A DNA stretch of 64,000 nt, taken from positions 4,712,001 to 4,776,000 of the forward strand of contig NW_027361872.1 in NCBI RefSeq assembly GCF_039654945.1. Reading direction: 5' to 3'. How positions within the stretch are numbered: position 1 is the first letter of the stretch; each line of letters begins with the position of its first letter. A program made the position numbers and the translations under genes. Positions 25,041-39,522 of this stretch are shown here, piece by piece. A model generated the notes under the pieces. That model was not told the origin of the DNA. It worked only from the letters and a program-made list of their open reading frames with translations, and ran no database searches. Source of the DNA: Dendrobates tinctorius (taxonomy: Eukaryota).

Positions 25041-28000
25041 GGCGCCATCTGCCTGAGCTGATATTTGATGTGTACAGGCCAGGGCTGGCTGGGGGGGCTG
25101 CCATCTGCCTGAGCTGGTATTTACAGGGGCTGGCTGGGGGGGCCGCCTTCTGCCTGCGCTGATATGTGATATATATACAGGGGCTGGGGGGCCGCCATCT
25201 GCCTGAGCTGGTATATACAGGGGCTGGCTGGGGGGCTGCCATCTGCCTGAGCTGGTATATACAGGCAGGGGCTGGCTGGGGGGGCCGCCATCTGCCTGCG
25301 CTGATATGTGATATATATACAGGGGCTGAGGGGCCACCATCTGCCTGCGCTGATATGTGATATATATATACAGGGGCTGGGGGGCCGCCATCTGCCTGCG
25401 CTGATATGTGATATATATATACAGGGGCTGCGGGGCCGCCATCTGCCTGAGCTGGTATATACAGGGGCTGGGTGGGGGGGGCCGCCATCTGCCTGAGCTG
25501 GTATATACAGGGGCTGACTGGGGGGGCCGCCATCTGCCTGAGCTGATATGTGATGTATATACAGGGGCTGGCTGGGGGGGCCGCCATCTGCCTGTGCTGA
25601 TGTGATGTATATACAGGGGCTGGCTGGGGGGGCCGCCATCTGCCTGCGCTGATGTGAGGCAGGCCTGGATTGGTAACTTACCCAACCGGGCACTTTCCTG
25701 CTGGGCCGCTATTTATAGCCAGTTTTGGGCGGCGCCGGTGCCTAATGCGGCGGTCACCAGCCTCTTTTAACTGCCGCCGGCCCTTTAAATTTGCGGGCAC
25801 GGCGGCGGTTTCAAAGGTGCAGTCGAAACAATTTTGGGGTGGCACCCTAGGGGTTAAGAAGGCGTCGCGACGTGAAGCTGCACGTCGCAGTACGTTCTTT
25901 GAGGGCGGAGCCGGAGAGAGCGCGCTGTGCTGCTGCTCTTCCATCAATGGTTGCCAGGCCTGCAGGCAGTACTACTCATTGTCCTATCATCGGAAACAGA
26001 CGGCGTCCAGGCAAGAATCCAGCTTCAGGAGCGGCTGCTGCAACTCCTACCCCCACGTGCTGGCTCAGGCTTCAGGAGAGGTCCAGTAAGTTGGCCGGGG
26101 TGGGGGTGAGTTTAGTTATAAAGAGGCGGGGGGGCGGGCGCCATCTGCCTGAGCTGATATTTGATGTGTACAGGCCAGGGCTGGCTGGGGGGGCTGCCAT
26201 CTGCCTGAGCTGGTATATACAGGCAGGGGCTGGCTGGGAGGGCCGCCATCTGCCTGCGCTGATATGTGATATATATACAGGGGCTGGGGGGCCCACCATC
26301 TGCCTGCGCTGATATGTGATATATATACAGGGGCTGGGGGGCCGCCATCTGCCTGAGCTGGTATATACAGGGGCTGGCTGGGGGGGCCGCCATCTGCCTG
26401 AGCTGGTATACACAGGGGCTGGCTGGGGGGCCGCCATCTGCCTGAGCTTATATGTGATGTATATACAGGGGCTGGCTGGGGGGGCCGCCATCTGCCTGCG
26501 CTGAAGTGATGTATATACAGGGGCTGGCTGGGGGGGCCGCCATCTGCCTGAGCTGGTATATACAGGGGCTGGCTGGGGGGCCGCCATCTGCCTGAGCTTA
26601 TATGTGATGTATATACAGGGGCTGGCTGGGGGGCCGCCATCTACCTGCGTTGATGTGAGGTATATACAGGGGATGGCTGGGGGGGCCGCCATCTGCCTGC
26701 GTTCATGTGAGGTATATACAGGGGCTGGCTGGGGGCCGCCATCTGCCTGCGCTGATGTGAGGTATGTACAGGGGCTGGCTGGGGGGCTGCCATCTGCCTG
26801 CGCTGATGTGATGTATATACAGGGGCTGGCTGGGGGGCTGCCATCTGCCTGCGCTGATGTGAGGTATATACAGGGGATGGCTGGGGGGGCTGCCATCTGC
26901 CTGCGTTGATGTTAGGTATATACAGGGGATGGCTGGGGGGGCCGCCATCTGCCTGCGTTGATGTGATGTATATACAGGGGCTGGCTGGGGGGCCGCCATC
27001 TACCTGCGTTGATGTGAGGTATATACAGGGGATGGCTGGGGGGGCCGCCATCTGCCTGCGTTCATGTGAGGTATATACAGGGGCTGGCTGGGGGCCGCCA
27101 TCTGCCTGCGCTGATGTGAGGTATGTACAGGGGCTGGCTGGGGGGCTGCCATCTGCCTGCGCTGATGTGATGTATATACAGGGGCTGGCTGGGGGGCTGC
27201 CATCTGCCTGCGCTGATGTGAGGTATATACAGGGGCTGGCTGGGGGGCTGCCATCTTCCTGCGCGGATGTGAGGTCTATACAGGGGCTGGCTGGGGGGGC
27301 CGCCATCTGCCTGCGCTGATGTGATGTATATACAGGGGTTGGGGGGGCGCCGTCTCCCTGGTCTGATGAGATGACTGATGTGATGTATATACAGGGGCTG
27401 GGGGGCCGCCATCTTCCTGTGCTGATGATGTATATACAGGGGCTGGGGGGCCGCCATCTGCCTGCGCTGATGTGATGTATATATAGGGGCTGGGGGGCCG
27501 CCATCTGCCTGCGCTGATGTAACGTATATACAGGGGCTGGCTGGGGGGCCGCCATCTGCCTGTGCTGATGTGATGTATATACAGGGGCTGGCTGGGGGGC
27601 CGCAATCTGCCTGCGCTGATGTGATGTATATACAGGGGTTGGGGGGGGCCCCATCTGCCTGTGCTGATGTGATGTATATACAGGGGTTGGGGGGGCGCCG
27701 TCTCCCTGGTCTGATGAGATGACTGATGTGATGTATATACAGGGGCTGGGGGGCCGCCATCTTCCTGTGCTGATGATGTATATACAGGGGCTGGGGGGGC
27801 CGCCATCTGCCTGCGCTGATGTGATGTATATATAGGGGCTGGGGGGCCGCCATCTGCCTGCGCTGATGTAACGAATATACAGGGGCTGGCTGGGGGGCCG
27901 CCATCTGCCTGTGCTGATGTGATGTATATACAGGGGCTGGCTGGGGGGCCGCAATCTGCCTGCGCTGATGTGATGTATATACAGGGGCTGGGGGGCCGCC

Positions 28001-28300
28001 ATCTGCCTGCGCTGATGGTGTATGTACAGGGGATGGGGGGGCGTCATTTGCCTGCGCTGATGTGATGTATATACAGGGGCTGGGGGGGCCACCATCTGCC
28101 TGCACTGATGATGATGTACATACAAGGGCTGGGGGGGCGTCTGCCTGGTCTGATAAGATGACTGATGTGATGTATATACAAGGGCTGGGGGGCTGCTATC
28201 TGCCTGCCCTGATGATGATGTATATACAGGGGCAGGGGGGGCCTGACTGGGATGATGATGTATATACACGGGCTGGGGGGACCTGGCTGGGATGATGATG
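25041..28300. repeat. GC-rich minisatellite (~35-50 bp units) in two blocks, 25041-25655 and 26138-28300
   Basis: Repeating GCCATCTGCCTG(C/A)GCTG...GTATATACAGGGGCTGGCTGGGGGG. Confidence 0.95.
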
Positions 28301-28302
28301 TA

Positions 28303-30087
28303 CAGTGCCTTGCAAAAGTATTCGGCCCCCTGGATCTTTTCAACCTTTTCCCACATATCATGCTTCAAACATAAAGATACCAAATGAAAATTTTTGGTGA
28401 AGAATCAACAACAACTGGGACACAATAGTGAAGTTGAATGAAATTTATTGGTTATTTTACATTTTTGTGGAAATTCAAAAACTGAAAAGTGGGGTGTGCA
28501 ATATTATTCGGCCCCTTTACTTTCAGTGCAGCAAACTTACTCCAGAAGTTCATTGTGGATCTCTGAATGATCCAATGTTGTCCCAAATGACTAATGATGA
28601 TAAATATAACCCACCTGTGTATAATCAAGTCTCCGTATAAATGCACCTGCTTTGTGATAGTCTCGGGGTTCTGTTTGAAGCACTGGGAGCATCATGAAGA
28701 CCAAGGAACACAACAGGCAGATCCGTGATACTGTTGTGGAGAAGTTTAAAGCCAGATTTGGATACAAAATGATTTCCAAAACTTTATACATCCCAAGGAG
28801 CACTGTGCAAGCGATCATATTCAAATGGAAGGAGTATCATACCACTGCAAATCTACCAAGACCCGGCCGTCCCTCTAAACCAGGGTTCCCCAACTCAAGG
28901 CCAACCAACAGATCATGTTTTCATGACTTCCTTTGTACTGCACAGGTGATGCAATTATCACCTGAGCAATACTAAGGAAATCCTGAAAACATGATCTGTT
29001 AGTGGGCCTTGAGGACTGGAGTTGGGGAACTCTGCTCTTAACTTTCATCTCAAACAAGGAGAAGACTGATCAGAGATGCAGCCAAGAGGCCCATGATCAC
29101 TCTGGTTGAACTGCAGAGATCTACAGCTGAGGTAGGACAGTGTTGATAATCAGTTGTACACAATAATCAGTCGCACAAATCTGGCCTTTATAGAAGAGTG
29201 GCAAGAAGAAAGCCATGTCTCAAAGATATCCATAAAAAGTGTCGTTTAAAGTTTGCAACAAGCCACCTGGGAGACACACCAAACATGTTGAAGAAGGTGC
29301 TCTGGTCAGATTACAAATTGAACTTTTTGGCAACAATGCCAAACGGTAAGTTTGGCTTAAAGGCAACACAGCTCATCACCCTGAACATACCATCCCCACT
29401 GTCAAACATGGTGGTGGCAGCATCATGGTTTGGGCCTGCTTTTCTTCAGCAGGGACAGGGAAGATGGTTAAAATTAATGGGAAGATGGATGTAGCCAAAT
29501 ACAGGACCATTCTTGAAGAAAACCTGTTGGAGATTGCAAAAGACCTGAGACTAGGATGGAGATTTGTCTTCCAACAAGATAATGATCCCAAACATAAAGC
29601 AAAATCTACAATGGAATGGTTCACAAATAAACGTATCCAGGTGATAAAATGGCCAAGTCAAAGTCCAGACCTAAATCCAATCGAGAATCTGTGGAAAGTG
29701 CTGAAAACTGCTGTTCACAAACGATCTCCATCAAACCTCACTGAGCTCGAGCTGTTTGCCAAAGAAGAATGGGCAAAAATTTCAGTCTCTCGATGTACAA
29801 AACTGATAGAGACATACCCCAAGCGACTTGCAGCTGTAATGGAGCAAAAGGTGGCGCAACAAAGTATTAAGTTAAAGGGGCCGAATAATATTGCACGCCC
29901 CACTTTTCAGTTTTGATTTTCCGCAAAAATTTAAAATAACCAATAAATTTCGTTCAACTTCACAATTGTGTCCCACTTGTTGTTGATTCTTCACCAAAAA
30001 ATTACATTTGGTATCTTTATGTTTGAAGCATGATATGTGGGAAAAGGTTGAAAAGTTCCAGGGGGCCAAATACTTTCACAAGGGCTG
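28303..30087 (+). mobile_element. Decayed Tc1 of the Passport/Eagle-like family
   Basis: TIR CAGTGCCTTGCAAAAGTATTCGGCCCCC; MKTKEHNRQIRDTVVEKFK...GRPSK and FQQDNDPKH...[11 protein letters not shown]; frameshifts and a MITE insertion. Confidence 0.9.
28881..29034. mobile_element. hAT-type MITE disrupting the Tc1 ORF
   Basis: TIR CAG(G/A)GTTCCCCAACTC; 8-bp TSD CTCTAAAC/CTCTTAAC. Confidence 0.85.
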
Positions 30088-30439
30088 AGGGGGCCTGGCT
30101 GGTGTGTGTTGTATATACAGGTGCTGTGGGGCTGGTGTGGTGATGTATTTACAGTGCTGTGGGGCTGGTGTGGTGGTATATATACAGGTGCTGCGGGGCT
30201 GGTGTGGTGATGTATATACAGGTGCTGGTGGGCTTTCGATACTTGCGGCACTTGCGATTCTTACCTCTTCCCGCTGCTCTGTTGTGGCGTCTTCTGACTG
30301 TGCTGTTTCTAGTCAGAGGGTGCAGTGATGTCACGTCTGTGTACATCTGCCTGAACAGTCACAGTGCAGAGAGCCTTAAGACACCGACATTGAGGGGTCC
30401 GGAGGAGAGGTCAGGATTTCAGTTTTGCTTTTTTATGTT

Positions 30440-31890
30440 TTGAGCAATATATGAGGCCCATCATACACTGGAGACTCATATGGGGTACATTATATATGGA
30501 GCATTATATGGGGCCCATTCTGTTTGGAGCAATATAAGGGGCCCATCATATTCTGTATGGAGCATTATATGGGGCCCATTCTGTATGGAGCAAGGTATGG
30601 GGCTCATTATACTGTATGGAGTATTATGTGGGGCACATTATACTGTTTGGAGCATTATATGGGCTCATTATAATGCATGGAGCAATATATGAGGATCATT
30701 ATTCTGTATGGAGCATTATATGGTGCTCATACTGTATGGAGCATTATATGGGGCTCATTCTGTATGGAGCATTATATGGGGCTCATTTCAATGTATGGGG
30801 CTCATTACAATGTATGGAGCATTATATGGGGCTCATTATTCTGTATGGAGCATTATGTGGGGCTCATTTTTCTGAATGGAGCAATATATGAGGCTCTTTA
30901 TTCTGTATGGAGCATTATACGGGGCTCATTATTCTGTATGGAGCAATATATGGGGCTCATTATTCTGTATGGAGCATTATATGGGGCTCATTATTCTATA
31001 TTTAGCATTATATGGGGCTCATTTTTCTGAATGGAGCAATATCTGGGGCTCTTTATTCTGTATGGAGCATTAACGGGGCTCGTTATTCTGTATGGAGCAA
31101 TATATGGGGGCTCATTTTTCTGAATGGAGAAATATACAGTATGGGGCTCATTATTCTGTATGGAGCATTATATGGGGCTCATTATTCTGAATGGAGCATT
31201 ATATGGGGCTCATTTTTCTGAATGGAGCATTATAAGGGGCTCATTTTTCTGAATGGAGCAATATATGGGGTTCTTTATTCTGTATGGAGCATAATATGGG
31301 GTTCATTATTCTGTATGGAGCACTATGCGGTATCCATAATACTGTATGGAGCATTATATAGGGCTCATTTTTCTGAATGGAGCAATAAACAGTATGGGGC
31401 TCATTCTGTATGGAACATTATATGGGGCTCATTATTCTGTATGAAGCAATATATAGGGCTCATTATTCTGTATGGAGCATTATACGGGGCTCATTATTCT
31501 GTATGGCGCACTATGCGGTAGCAATAAAACTGTATGGAGCATTATATGGGGCTCATTTTTCTGAATGTAGCAATATATGGGGCTCATTATTCTGTATGGA
31601 GGATTATATGGGGCTCATTATTCTGTATGGAGCAATATATGGGGCTAATTATTCTGTATGGAGCATTATATGAGGCTCATTGCAGTTTATGGCGCAATAT
31701 ATGGGGCTCATTATTCTGAATGGAGCATTATGTGGTACCCATAATACTGTTTGGAGGACTATGTTGTGCCCATAATACTGTATGGAGCAATATATGGAGC
31801 TCATTATACTGTATGGAGCAATATATGGGGCATGTTATTCTGTATGGAGCGCTATGTAGTGCCTATAATACTGTATGGAGGAGGTGGAGG
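30440..31890. repeat. ~30-bp minisatellite
   Basis: Tandem TATTCTGTATGGAGCATTATATGGGGCTCAT-like units. Confidence 0.95.
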
Positions 31891-33588
31891 ACAATACTGT
31901 CTGGTTTCTGACCTATTGTAGAATGTACAATAGATATGTTATGTAATGTAAGAAGTGAAATCTTTGCATTGTATACCTATATTTCTTTGCTGTATCTGTG
32001 CATTATGAATTGTAGTACGTGTTAAAGAGGCCCACTGAGACTTTCACCCGGGGCCCACAAAAACCTGGAGCCGGCCCTGTATGAACTGCATAGTACCAGT
32101 TCTCCTGTCGACATTGGACTTTGCGAGGGTCAATATTGGTTTAGTAGTTTTAACATTACTATGGCCAAATAAAAATAAAATATTGGAAAAGTTGTTTAAA
32201 TGGATTATCTCAAATAATCCCCTCTCCTCTGGATAAGGAATAACTTTACAATTGCTGGAGATTCAACTGCTGGGACTTTCATGATCCTGAAAATCAGAGC
32301 TCTGTAGAGCACCATGTAAATGCAGCTGTGGTCGATCATACGCACTGTGGCGCCATTCACATGTGGCTCTTCAATTATCTCCTTTTAGGAGAGTGAGGGG
32401 CACCACAAAGTAAAGTAAAATTCACTGATCGGGGTGAGGAGTGTTATAGCTTGTGGGCTGGTGGGGTTTGTGTGGCAGGGCTGCTTTTTTTCCCCAGTCC
32501 GGCCCTGCATCAAAAACTAAAAAACAGACAGCACTCAGATTGATAACACATGGATAACGTTGTCTGCTGTCCAGTCCATTTTTTTCATGAACTCATTGAT
32601 TTCAATAAGTGAGATTGAGCGGTGACTTGGATCAAAAATGGACAAGTTTTGTTTTGTGTTGTCACTCGGTCTGCAAAAACTCAACAAAAATTTAAACAGA
32701 CCCATAGATTAAAAGTCTAAATGAGGCCTAACATTTATCACTTATTGTGTGGATAGTTGATAAACAATTTAGGGTGGAATATCCCTGTATCCAGAAACCA
32801 ATACCCCATCCCGGGTTTTGTGTTCACTGCCCTTGGAGCATGAAAAAAAATCTCCTTTTTCAACTGTATCACAACAGCCAAGCCTTAATGGAGCGTGAGT
32901 CAACCTAGGCATAGTTAGATCAGAATAAATCATGGCCTGTGTACACATTGGATGGGAAAATACACTGCAAATCCAATTTGAGATTTTACTACAAATCCAT
33001 CATGAATAAGCAGCAAAATCTGCATTTGTGACATATGAATTTTGCTTTTTTATTTGAGCCTGAACCTGAATTCACAGCCGATTCCACCACACTAGACGTG
33101 GAGTGAACAGGAGTAAAATCCATGGTAAAAAAGAAATCCATATATTGTAGGTTTAAGTTTTTTTTTTTTCTTTATTCAATATCAAAATATGTAATAGAAT
33201 CAGAAAAGAAAAACATAATTTACAGATATAATCCAACCTGTCCATGCCATATCCAAGGAGAGAGGAAGGGAAAATTAGATACACAAAAATAAAATATATG
33301 TAAAACAAAACAAATTAATAAATAGTTAATTGAAGCAAACAAAAGCTATCTATTTGACCAACTCAGTCTCTTTTTTTTCTTTTCTTTGTAGACATTTCTA
33401 GCAGGTTTTCACAAATCATAAGTGTTTTCAGGTGACTTAATGCCATATATGTTTAACGACAACCAATTCCTTCCTATAGTGACCGCCGCCAATTGCAATA
33501 AATTAATTGTAACCATTTTTTAGTTTACCTACGTACACAAACAGCCTTTCTATAAAATAAAAATAAAAAAATATAATAATGTACTTAC

Positions 33589-33663
33589 AAAATGAAATTT
33601 ACTTCTATCGAGAAGATTTTCGTGACATCAGGAAACTTGCGAATTCCTGTGTTACAAATACTC
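33589..33663 (-). CDS. LHCGR: LHCGR exon 5
   Basis: 75 nt, cttgtag/gtaagt; [24 protein letters not shown](L), nearly identical to [30 protein letters not shown] and unlike FSHR or TSHR. Confidence 0.95.
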
Positions 33664-35045
33664 CTACAAGATACGAAAAACCCCTGTAAGTAAAGCGGCA
33701 AAGCAAAACGACATAAAGCGCAACCAATATTATTATTAAGATCCGCGGCAATTGAAAATCTCATCTACACGAGAGTGAAAGCAAACATATTTCCACAAGT
33801 AGCTATTTGTGATGGAAATGACGGCAATAAATATGTAAAGTGGGCTCGTATCATGTTATGGTGGTTCTTTTATTAACCGCGGTCTATAATGTAGATTTAA
33901 AAAAAATAAATAAATAATTGGCTGTTAATGCGGAGTAACATGAACGTGTAGGTAATGATGGGGGCCCTAAATCTGGTGGGACGCTTCTTCTGAATACATG
34001 CCTTGCAATTTAGGTGATTAATTTCCAGGCTGCTATTCAGTTCTATAACAGTAACCCGAAGATGTCACGTAAAGAACACAATTCATGATTAAATGAACCT
34101 GCAGCCTAACAGGTCATTGTGCAATATGGAAGCGGCCAGGCAAATGTTGAAGTGAGAATGCTAATTAAATAAAATAAGGTCTGGAGGTTGAGTTTCCAGG
34201 CAATTTCTGGACGTCTAAAGGGGGAATGTGTGTTGTTAATCAAACCGCGGAGGTCATTCCGGACCTTGTACTATTATGAGATTACAGTATTAATAACTAA
34301 TGAAACCGCTGACAACTTGATGGTTCTTTTATAATGTTGTCATCATTTTTTTTTTTTAACACTATTTTCTTGTAAGATTATGACCGTCAGCAACTGACTG
34401 CTCAGCTCAGCACACAAGGTATAACTAGTATCTCAGTATGCTGGTGGGAAAATTAGAGATGTACAATCAGGTTTACTACAAATTTTCGCACAGAACCTTC
34501 ACATATATTTTTTACAATAATTTTTTTTTATATTAGTTCCTTCTATGAATATTTGTCTATATCTATATATCTAATTATCTATTTAACTTTGCATATAATT
34601 TACCGACACTAAACACATATTCACTAAACCATAACTACACACACACTAACTCCACACTTTATACATATACTACATACACTGCACACAAACTAAATACAGA
34701 CTGCACATAATACAGACACGCTTCACACACGACTGCACTCACGCTACATATACTACACACACTACATACACACACAGTTCACATGCGCACACACTGTACA
34801 CACACTACACACATTATACACATACTACATACACTGCACACAAACTAAATACAGACTGCACATAATACAGACACGCTTCACACACGACTGCACTCACGCT
34901 ACATATACTACACACACTACTTACACACACAGTTCACATGCGCACACACTGTACACACACTACACACACTGCACACAAACTAAAACAGACTATACATAAT
35001 ACAAACAGACACGCTTCACACACGACTGTACACACACTACATATA

Positions 35046-37192
35046 CAGTGGGGAAAAAAGTGTTTAGTCAGCCACCTATTGTGCAAGTTCTCCCACTTAA
35101 AAAGATGAGAGAGTCCTGTAATTGACATCATAGGTAGACCACAACTGTGAGAGTCAAAATAAGAAAACAAATCCAGAAAATCACCTTGTCTGTCTAGTGA
35201 AACCTCCACCAGGGGGAGCTGGTGAGGGAAGAGAGGTTACACACTAAGAGCAGCAACCCTGAGCAACAGCACAGGTGCCACAGGTAACGAGAGAGAATAG
35301 TCAGACGAACCGAGTCAGAAACTAGCAGGAGCAGATGTACCAGAAGGAGCAGCAATACACGTAGTCAAAATACCAAGCCGAGAGTCAGAAAGCCAGAACA
35401 TGAGCATGGGGTCCAAAACGTGAGGTGAAATACGTGGTCGGGGTACAAGCCGGGGAGTCAGATGCCAGAGAGGGAACGTAACAGCAGAGACGAATACCAA
35501 GAGACGGGGTCAGAGATCAGTCCGGGTCATACATGTGAATATCAGTCAAAGGCAGGAGGATCACCAAGGTACAAGGGTCAGAGGCTCTAAACTGGAAGCC
35601 TGAGCTATCACTAACACTGGTCAGCAGGCTGTGAGAGACTGAAATAGCCCAGCTAGCTCCAGAACGAGGCTGAGGAGATTAACCCCCGCATGACCAGTCC
35701 GGAGTGAAGACAGCAGAAGATAAACTCCGGACTGGACCATGACAGTGTGATTTGGCAAGATTTATTTTGAAAATTATGGTGGAAAATAAGTATTTTGTCA
35801 CCTAAAAACAAGCAAGATTTCTGGCTCTCACAGACCTGTAACTTCTTCTTTAAGAGGCTCCTCTGTCCTCCACTCATTACCTGTAGTAATGGCACCTGTT
35901 TGAACTTGTTATCAGTATAAAAGACACCTGCCCACAACCTCAGTCACACTCCAAACTCCACTATGGTGAAGACCAAAGAGCCGTTGAAGGACACCAGAAA
36001 CAAAATTGTAGCTCTGCACAAGGCTGGGAAGACTGAATCTGAAATAGGCAAGCAGCTTGGTGTGATGAAATCAACTGTGGGAGCAATAATAAGAAAATGG
36101 AAGACATACAAGACCACTGAGAATCTCCCTCGATCTGGGGCTCCACGCAAGATCTCACCCTGTGGGGTCAAAATGATCACAAGAACGGTGAGCAAAAATC
36201 TCAGAACCACACATGAGCGGACCTAGTGAATGACCTGCATAGAGCTGGGACCACTGTAACAAAGGCTAGCATCAGTAACACACTGCGCCGCTAGGGACTC
36301 ACATCCTGCAGTGCCAGATATGTCCCCCTGCTTAAGCCAGTACACGTCCGGGCCTGTCTGAAGTTTGCTAGAGAATATTTGGATTATCCAGAAGAGGATT
36401 GGGAGAATGTCATATGATCTGATGAAATCAAAGTAGAAGTGTTTGGTAGAAACAAAACTCGTGTTTGGAGGAGACAAAATGCTGAGTTGCATCCAAAGAA
36501 CACTATACCTATTGTGAAGCATGGGTGTGGAAACATCATGCTAAGTGGCTGTTTCTCTGCAAAGGGACCAGGACGACTGATCTGATCCATGTACATGAAA
36601 GAATTAATGGGGCCATGTATTGTGAGATTTTGAGTGCAAACCTACTTCCATTAGCAAGGGCATTGAAGATGAAATGTGGATGGATCTTTCAGCATGATAA
36701 CGATCCCAAGCACACTGCCATGGCAATGAAGGAGTGGCTTCGTAGGAAGCATAAGAAGGTCCTGGAGTGGCCTAGCCAGTCTCCTGATCTCAACCACATA
36801 GAAAACCTTGGGAGGGAGTTGAAAGTCCGTGTTGCCCAGTGACAGGCCCAAAACATCACTGCCCTACAGGAGAGCTGCATGGAGGAATAGGCCAACATAC
36901 CACCAACAGTGTGTGCCAACCTTGTGAAGACTTACAGAAAACGTTTGACCTCTGCCAACAAAGAATATATAACAAAATATTGAGATGAAATTTTGTTAAT
37001 GGTCAAATACTTATTTTCCACCACAATTTGAGAAATAAATCTTGCCAAATCAGACAAGGTGATTTTCTGGATTTGTTTTCTCATTCTGACTCTCATAGTT
37101 GTGGTTTACCTATGATGTCAATTACAGGACTCTCTCATCTTTTTAAGGGGAGAACGAGCACATTTGGTGCCTAAATACTTTTTTCCCCACTG
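35046..37192 (+). mobile_element. Decayed Tc1, same family as 20273-21879, with an LTR-like insertion in the left TIR
   Basis: TA|CAGTGGGGAAAAAAG...TTTTCCCCACTG|TA; [16 protein letters not shown] with stops and frameshifts. Confidence 0.92.
35191..35744 (-). mobile_element. Probable solo LTR inside the Tc1 TIR
   Basis: Interrupts TIR sequence ccttgtc|tgatttggcaag; ends CATGACA like other local solo LTRs; TSD unclear. Confidence 0.55.
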
Positions 37193-38169
37193 TACTACAC
37201 ACACAGTTCACATACACACACACACACACACACACACTCTACACACACTACACACATTATACACACACTACATACATTGCCCACTAACTACATACAGGCT
37301 ATATATAACAAAAGCACACGCTACACACACTACATATACTACGCACACATACTAAACACACCACATATACACAGTTCTCATACACACACACAGTGGACAC
37401 GCACTCACTACATATACTACACACGCATGCACTATACACACTCCACACACATTTTACTCACACAACATACACACACTACACACACACTCCACTCAGCACA
37501 CTATACACAATCACTACACACATTCACCACAAACACCACAGACACTTACCACACACACAAACTCTTTTCCATAGCCGACTCAGAGCGATGTCATTGTTGC
37601 CACATGAATGACATGTGATGTTGCGCCGGTCGGCTAGTCAAAAGAAAAGCTGCAGATTTTGTGAAGAGACGGTTCTCTTGGCTCCTATCAATTAGCCTGA
37701 GATTACTTTCGTCTCCAATAGACTGGGTCCTCCAAATTCGATTTGTACTAACTCTAATATTTATATATTTCCTAGATCTGAATAATATAATTCTTGCTGT
37801 CTACATCCACCACTAAGTTGAGCTCTGTGATGGGAAACAGCAGTAAAAAGGGTTGTCTCACAAAAAGTATCATTCAAACTTAATGGCGCTCGTGAAAAGA
37901 AGTATTTGGAATGTATACATCATTTACAAATAGTGTGTGATTTTATAAATATATTGCATTTTGATCTGTAATAGTGCCCCATGTTATATCTCTTGTGGCT
38001 GGAGTGGTTCACTTTCAGTGGTGGTTGCACATGCTCAGTAGTTTTCCTTGCTCTGCCCCTGCGCATGCTGCGTAGCGATCTGCCGGTGAGGAGGGCGATA
38101 TTATGTGGTAAGGAGAGGAGAACTACGGTATATGCAGTAACAATAACAAAGGAGGACAAAAGAGAGAAA

Positions 38170-38384
38170 NNNNNNNNNNNNNNNNNNNNNNNNNNNNNNN
38201 NNNNNNNNNNNNNNNNNNNNNNNNNNNNNNNNNNNNNNNNNNNNNNNNNNNNNNNNNNNNNNNNNNNNNNNNNNNNNNNNNNNNNNNNNNNNNNNNNNNN
38301 NNNNNNNNNNNNNNNNNNNNNNNNNNNNNNNNNNNNNNNNNNNNNNNNNNNNNNNNNNNNNNNNNNNNNNNNNNNNNNNNNNNN
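38170..38384. other. Assembly gap (215 N), followed by GATA repeats
   Basis: Run of N. Confidence 1.
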
Positions 38385-38599
38385 TAGATAATAGATCGAT
38401 AGATCAATAGATAGATCAATAGATAGAGTAAATAGCCCTTGATAACCCTTCTAATGATTTTGTCTTGTCTGCAGCACTCCTATAAGAATGAATGGAGTTG
38501 CAGTGAGCATGATTGACAAGGCTCCCGTCCTTGGTATCATGAGGGTCCAGTGGTCCGACCCCCAGCAATTAAGCGTATGATGACAATCAAATTCAATCC

Positions 38600-39290
38600 A
38601 GAAAAATTTTTCAACGCTTTATGAGAATGTTATATGCCACTGAAATGTACCACACAGTGCGTAATACTATATGGGTGAGGAATTTAGCCAACAAAAATTT
38701 TGAAACGCTTTTTGGAGTGTTATATATCACAGAAATGTATCCCAGACCATGTAATAATGTATGGCTGAGAAATTTAAGACTGCAACATTTTTTAACACTT
38801 TTTTCAGTTTTAGTGATTACAGGAAATGTACCCCAGACCATGGAATAGTGTATGGCTGAGAACTGTAATCCAACCAATTTTTTAATGCTCATTTGTAGTG
38901 TTAGATAATATCACAGAAATTTACCCCAGACCACAGAATAGTGTATAGGTGAGAAATGAAATCCAGCTAATTTTTTTAATGCTTTCTTTGGAGTTTTAGA
39001 TATCATATAAATATACCTCAGAACACATGAATCTGTATGCCTGACAAATGTAAGCCTGCAAAAATTTTTATCACTTTTTTCAGTTTTATAGATCACAGTA
39101 ATGTACTCCTGGCCACATAATACTGTATGGATGAAAATTTAAACCCTGGAAAATTTTTAAACTTTTTTTTGGAGTGTTATATATATAAAACAAATTAATC
39201 CAGAACACAGAGTAGTGTATGGGTAAGAAATTTAACCAGGGACATTTTTTAACAATTTTTTTGAGCGTTAAATAACACAAAAAAAGTATC
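38600..39290. repeat. Degenerate ~80-bp tandem repeat
   Basis: Recurring TCACAGAAATGTACCCCAGACCA...GTATGG...GAGAAATTTAA...AATTTTTTAA units. Confidence 0.75.
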
Positions 39291-39522
39291 AAAACTCACA
39301 TAATACTCAATGGATCAAAAATATATTGCATATTTTCACCCCTCCCCCCAAAAATGCAGCTATTTATTTGGCCTGCACTGCCCTAATCCCTGTCTAATGA
39401 TTGTATTTAGTCACTCACCCTGCTCTTGCGACTCTCTCACCCCCTAGGCTAAATGCAGATTGTATGTGATACAAACAGTAAAGCAAACAATTAGCTCTTA
39501 GAAGGCCTTTTAGTATGATGGC

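Larger units (their letters stand above)
24576..32507. mobile_element. Compound non-autonomous hAT-type element inflated by minisatellites and a Tc1 insertion
   Basis: Ends CAGGCCCGGATTGG and CCAGTCCGGCCCTG; 8-bp TSD CATCAAAC/CATCAAAA; the 5' ~470 bp is duplicated at 25660. Confidence 0.65.
34562..37637 (+). mobile_element. Probable Helitron-like element with CA-rich repeats, hosting a Tc1
   Basis: A|TCTATATAT start; 3' CACATG-aatga-CATGTG hairpin then GCGCCGGTCGGCTAG|T; CA-rich tracts at 34620-35045 and 37195-37560. Confidence 0.4.

Noticed and set aside
24892-28383. Long Pro/Gln-rich ORFs (up to 580 aa)
   Set aside because: Open in several frames on both strands; a by-product of the GC-rich minisatellite
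30440-31890. CRISPR-like array (also 23576-24230 and 58330-58790)
   Set aside because: Head-to-tail degenerate units with no unique spacers, no cas genes, eukaryotic context
37981-38419. ORFs crossing the N run
   Set aside because: Created by the assembly gap
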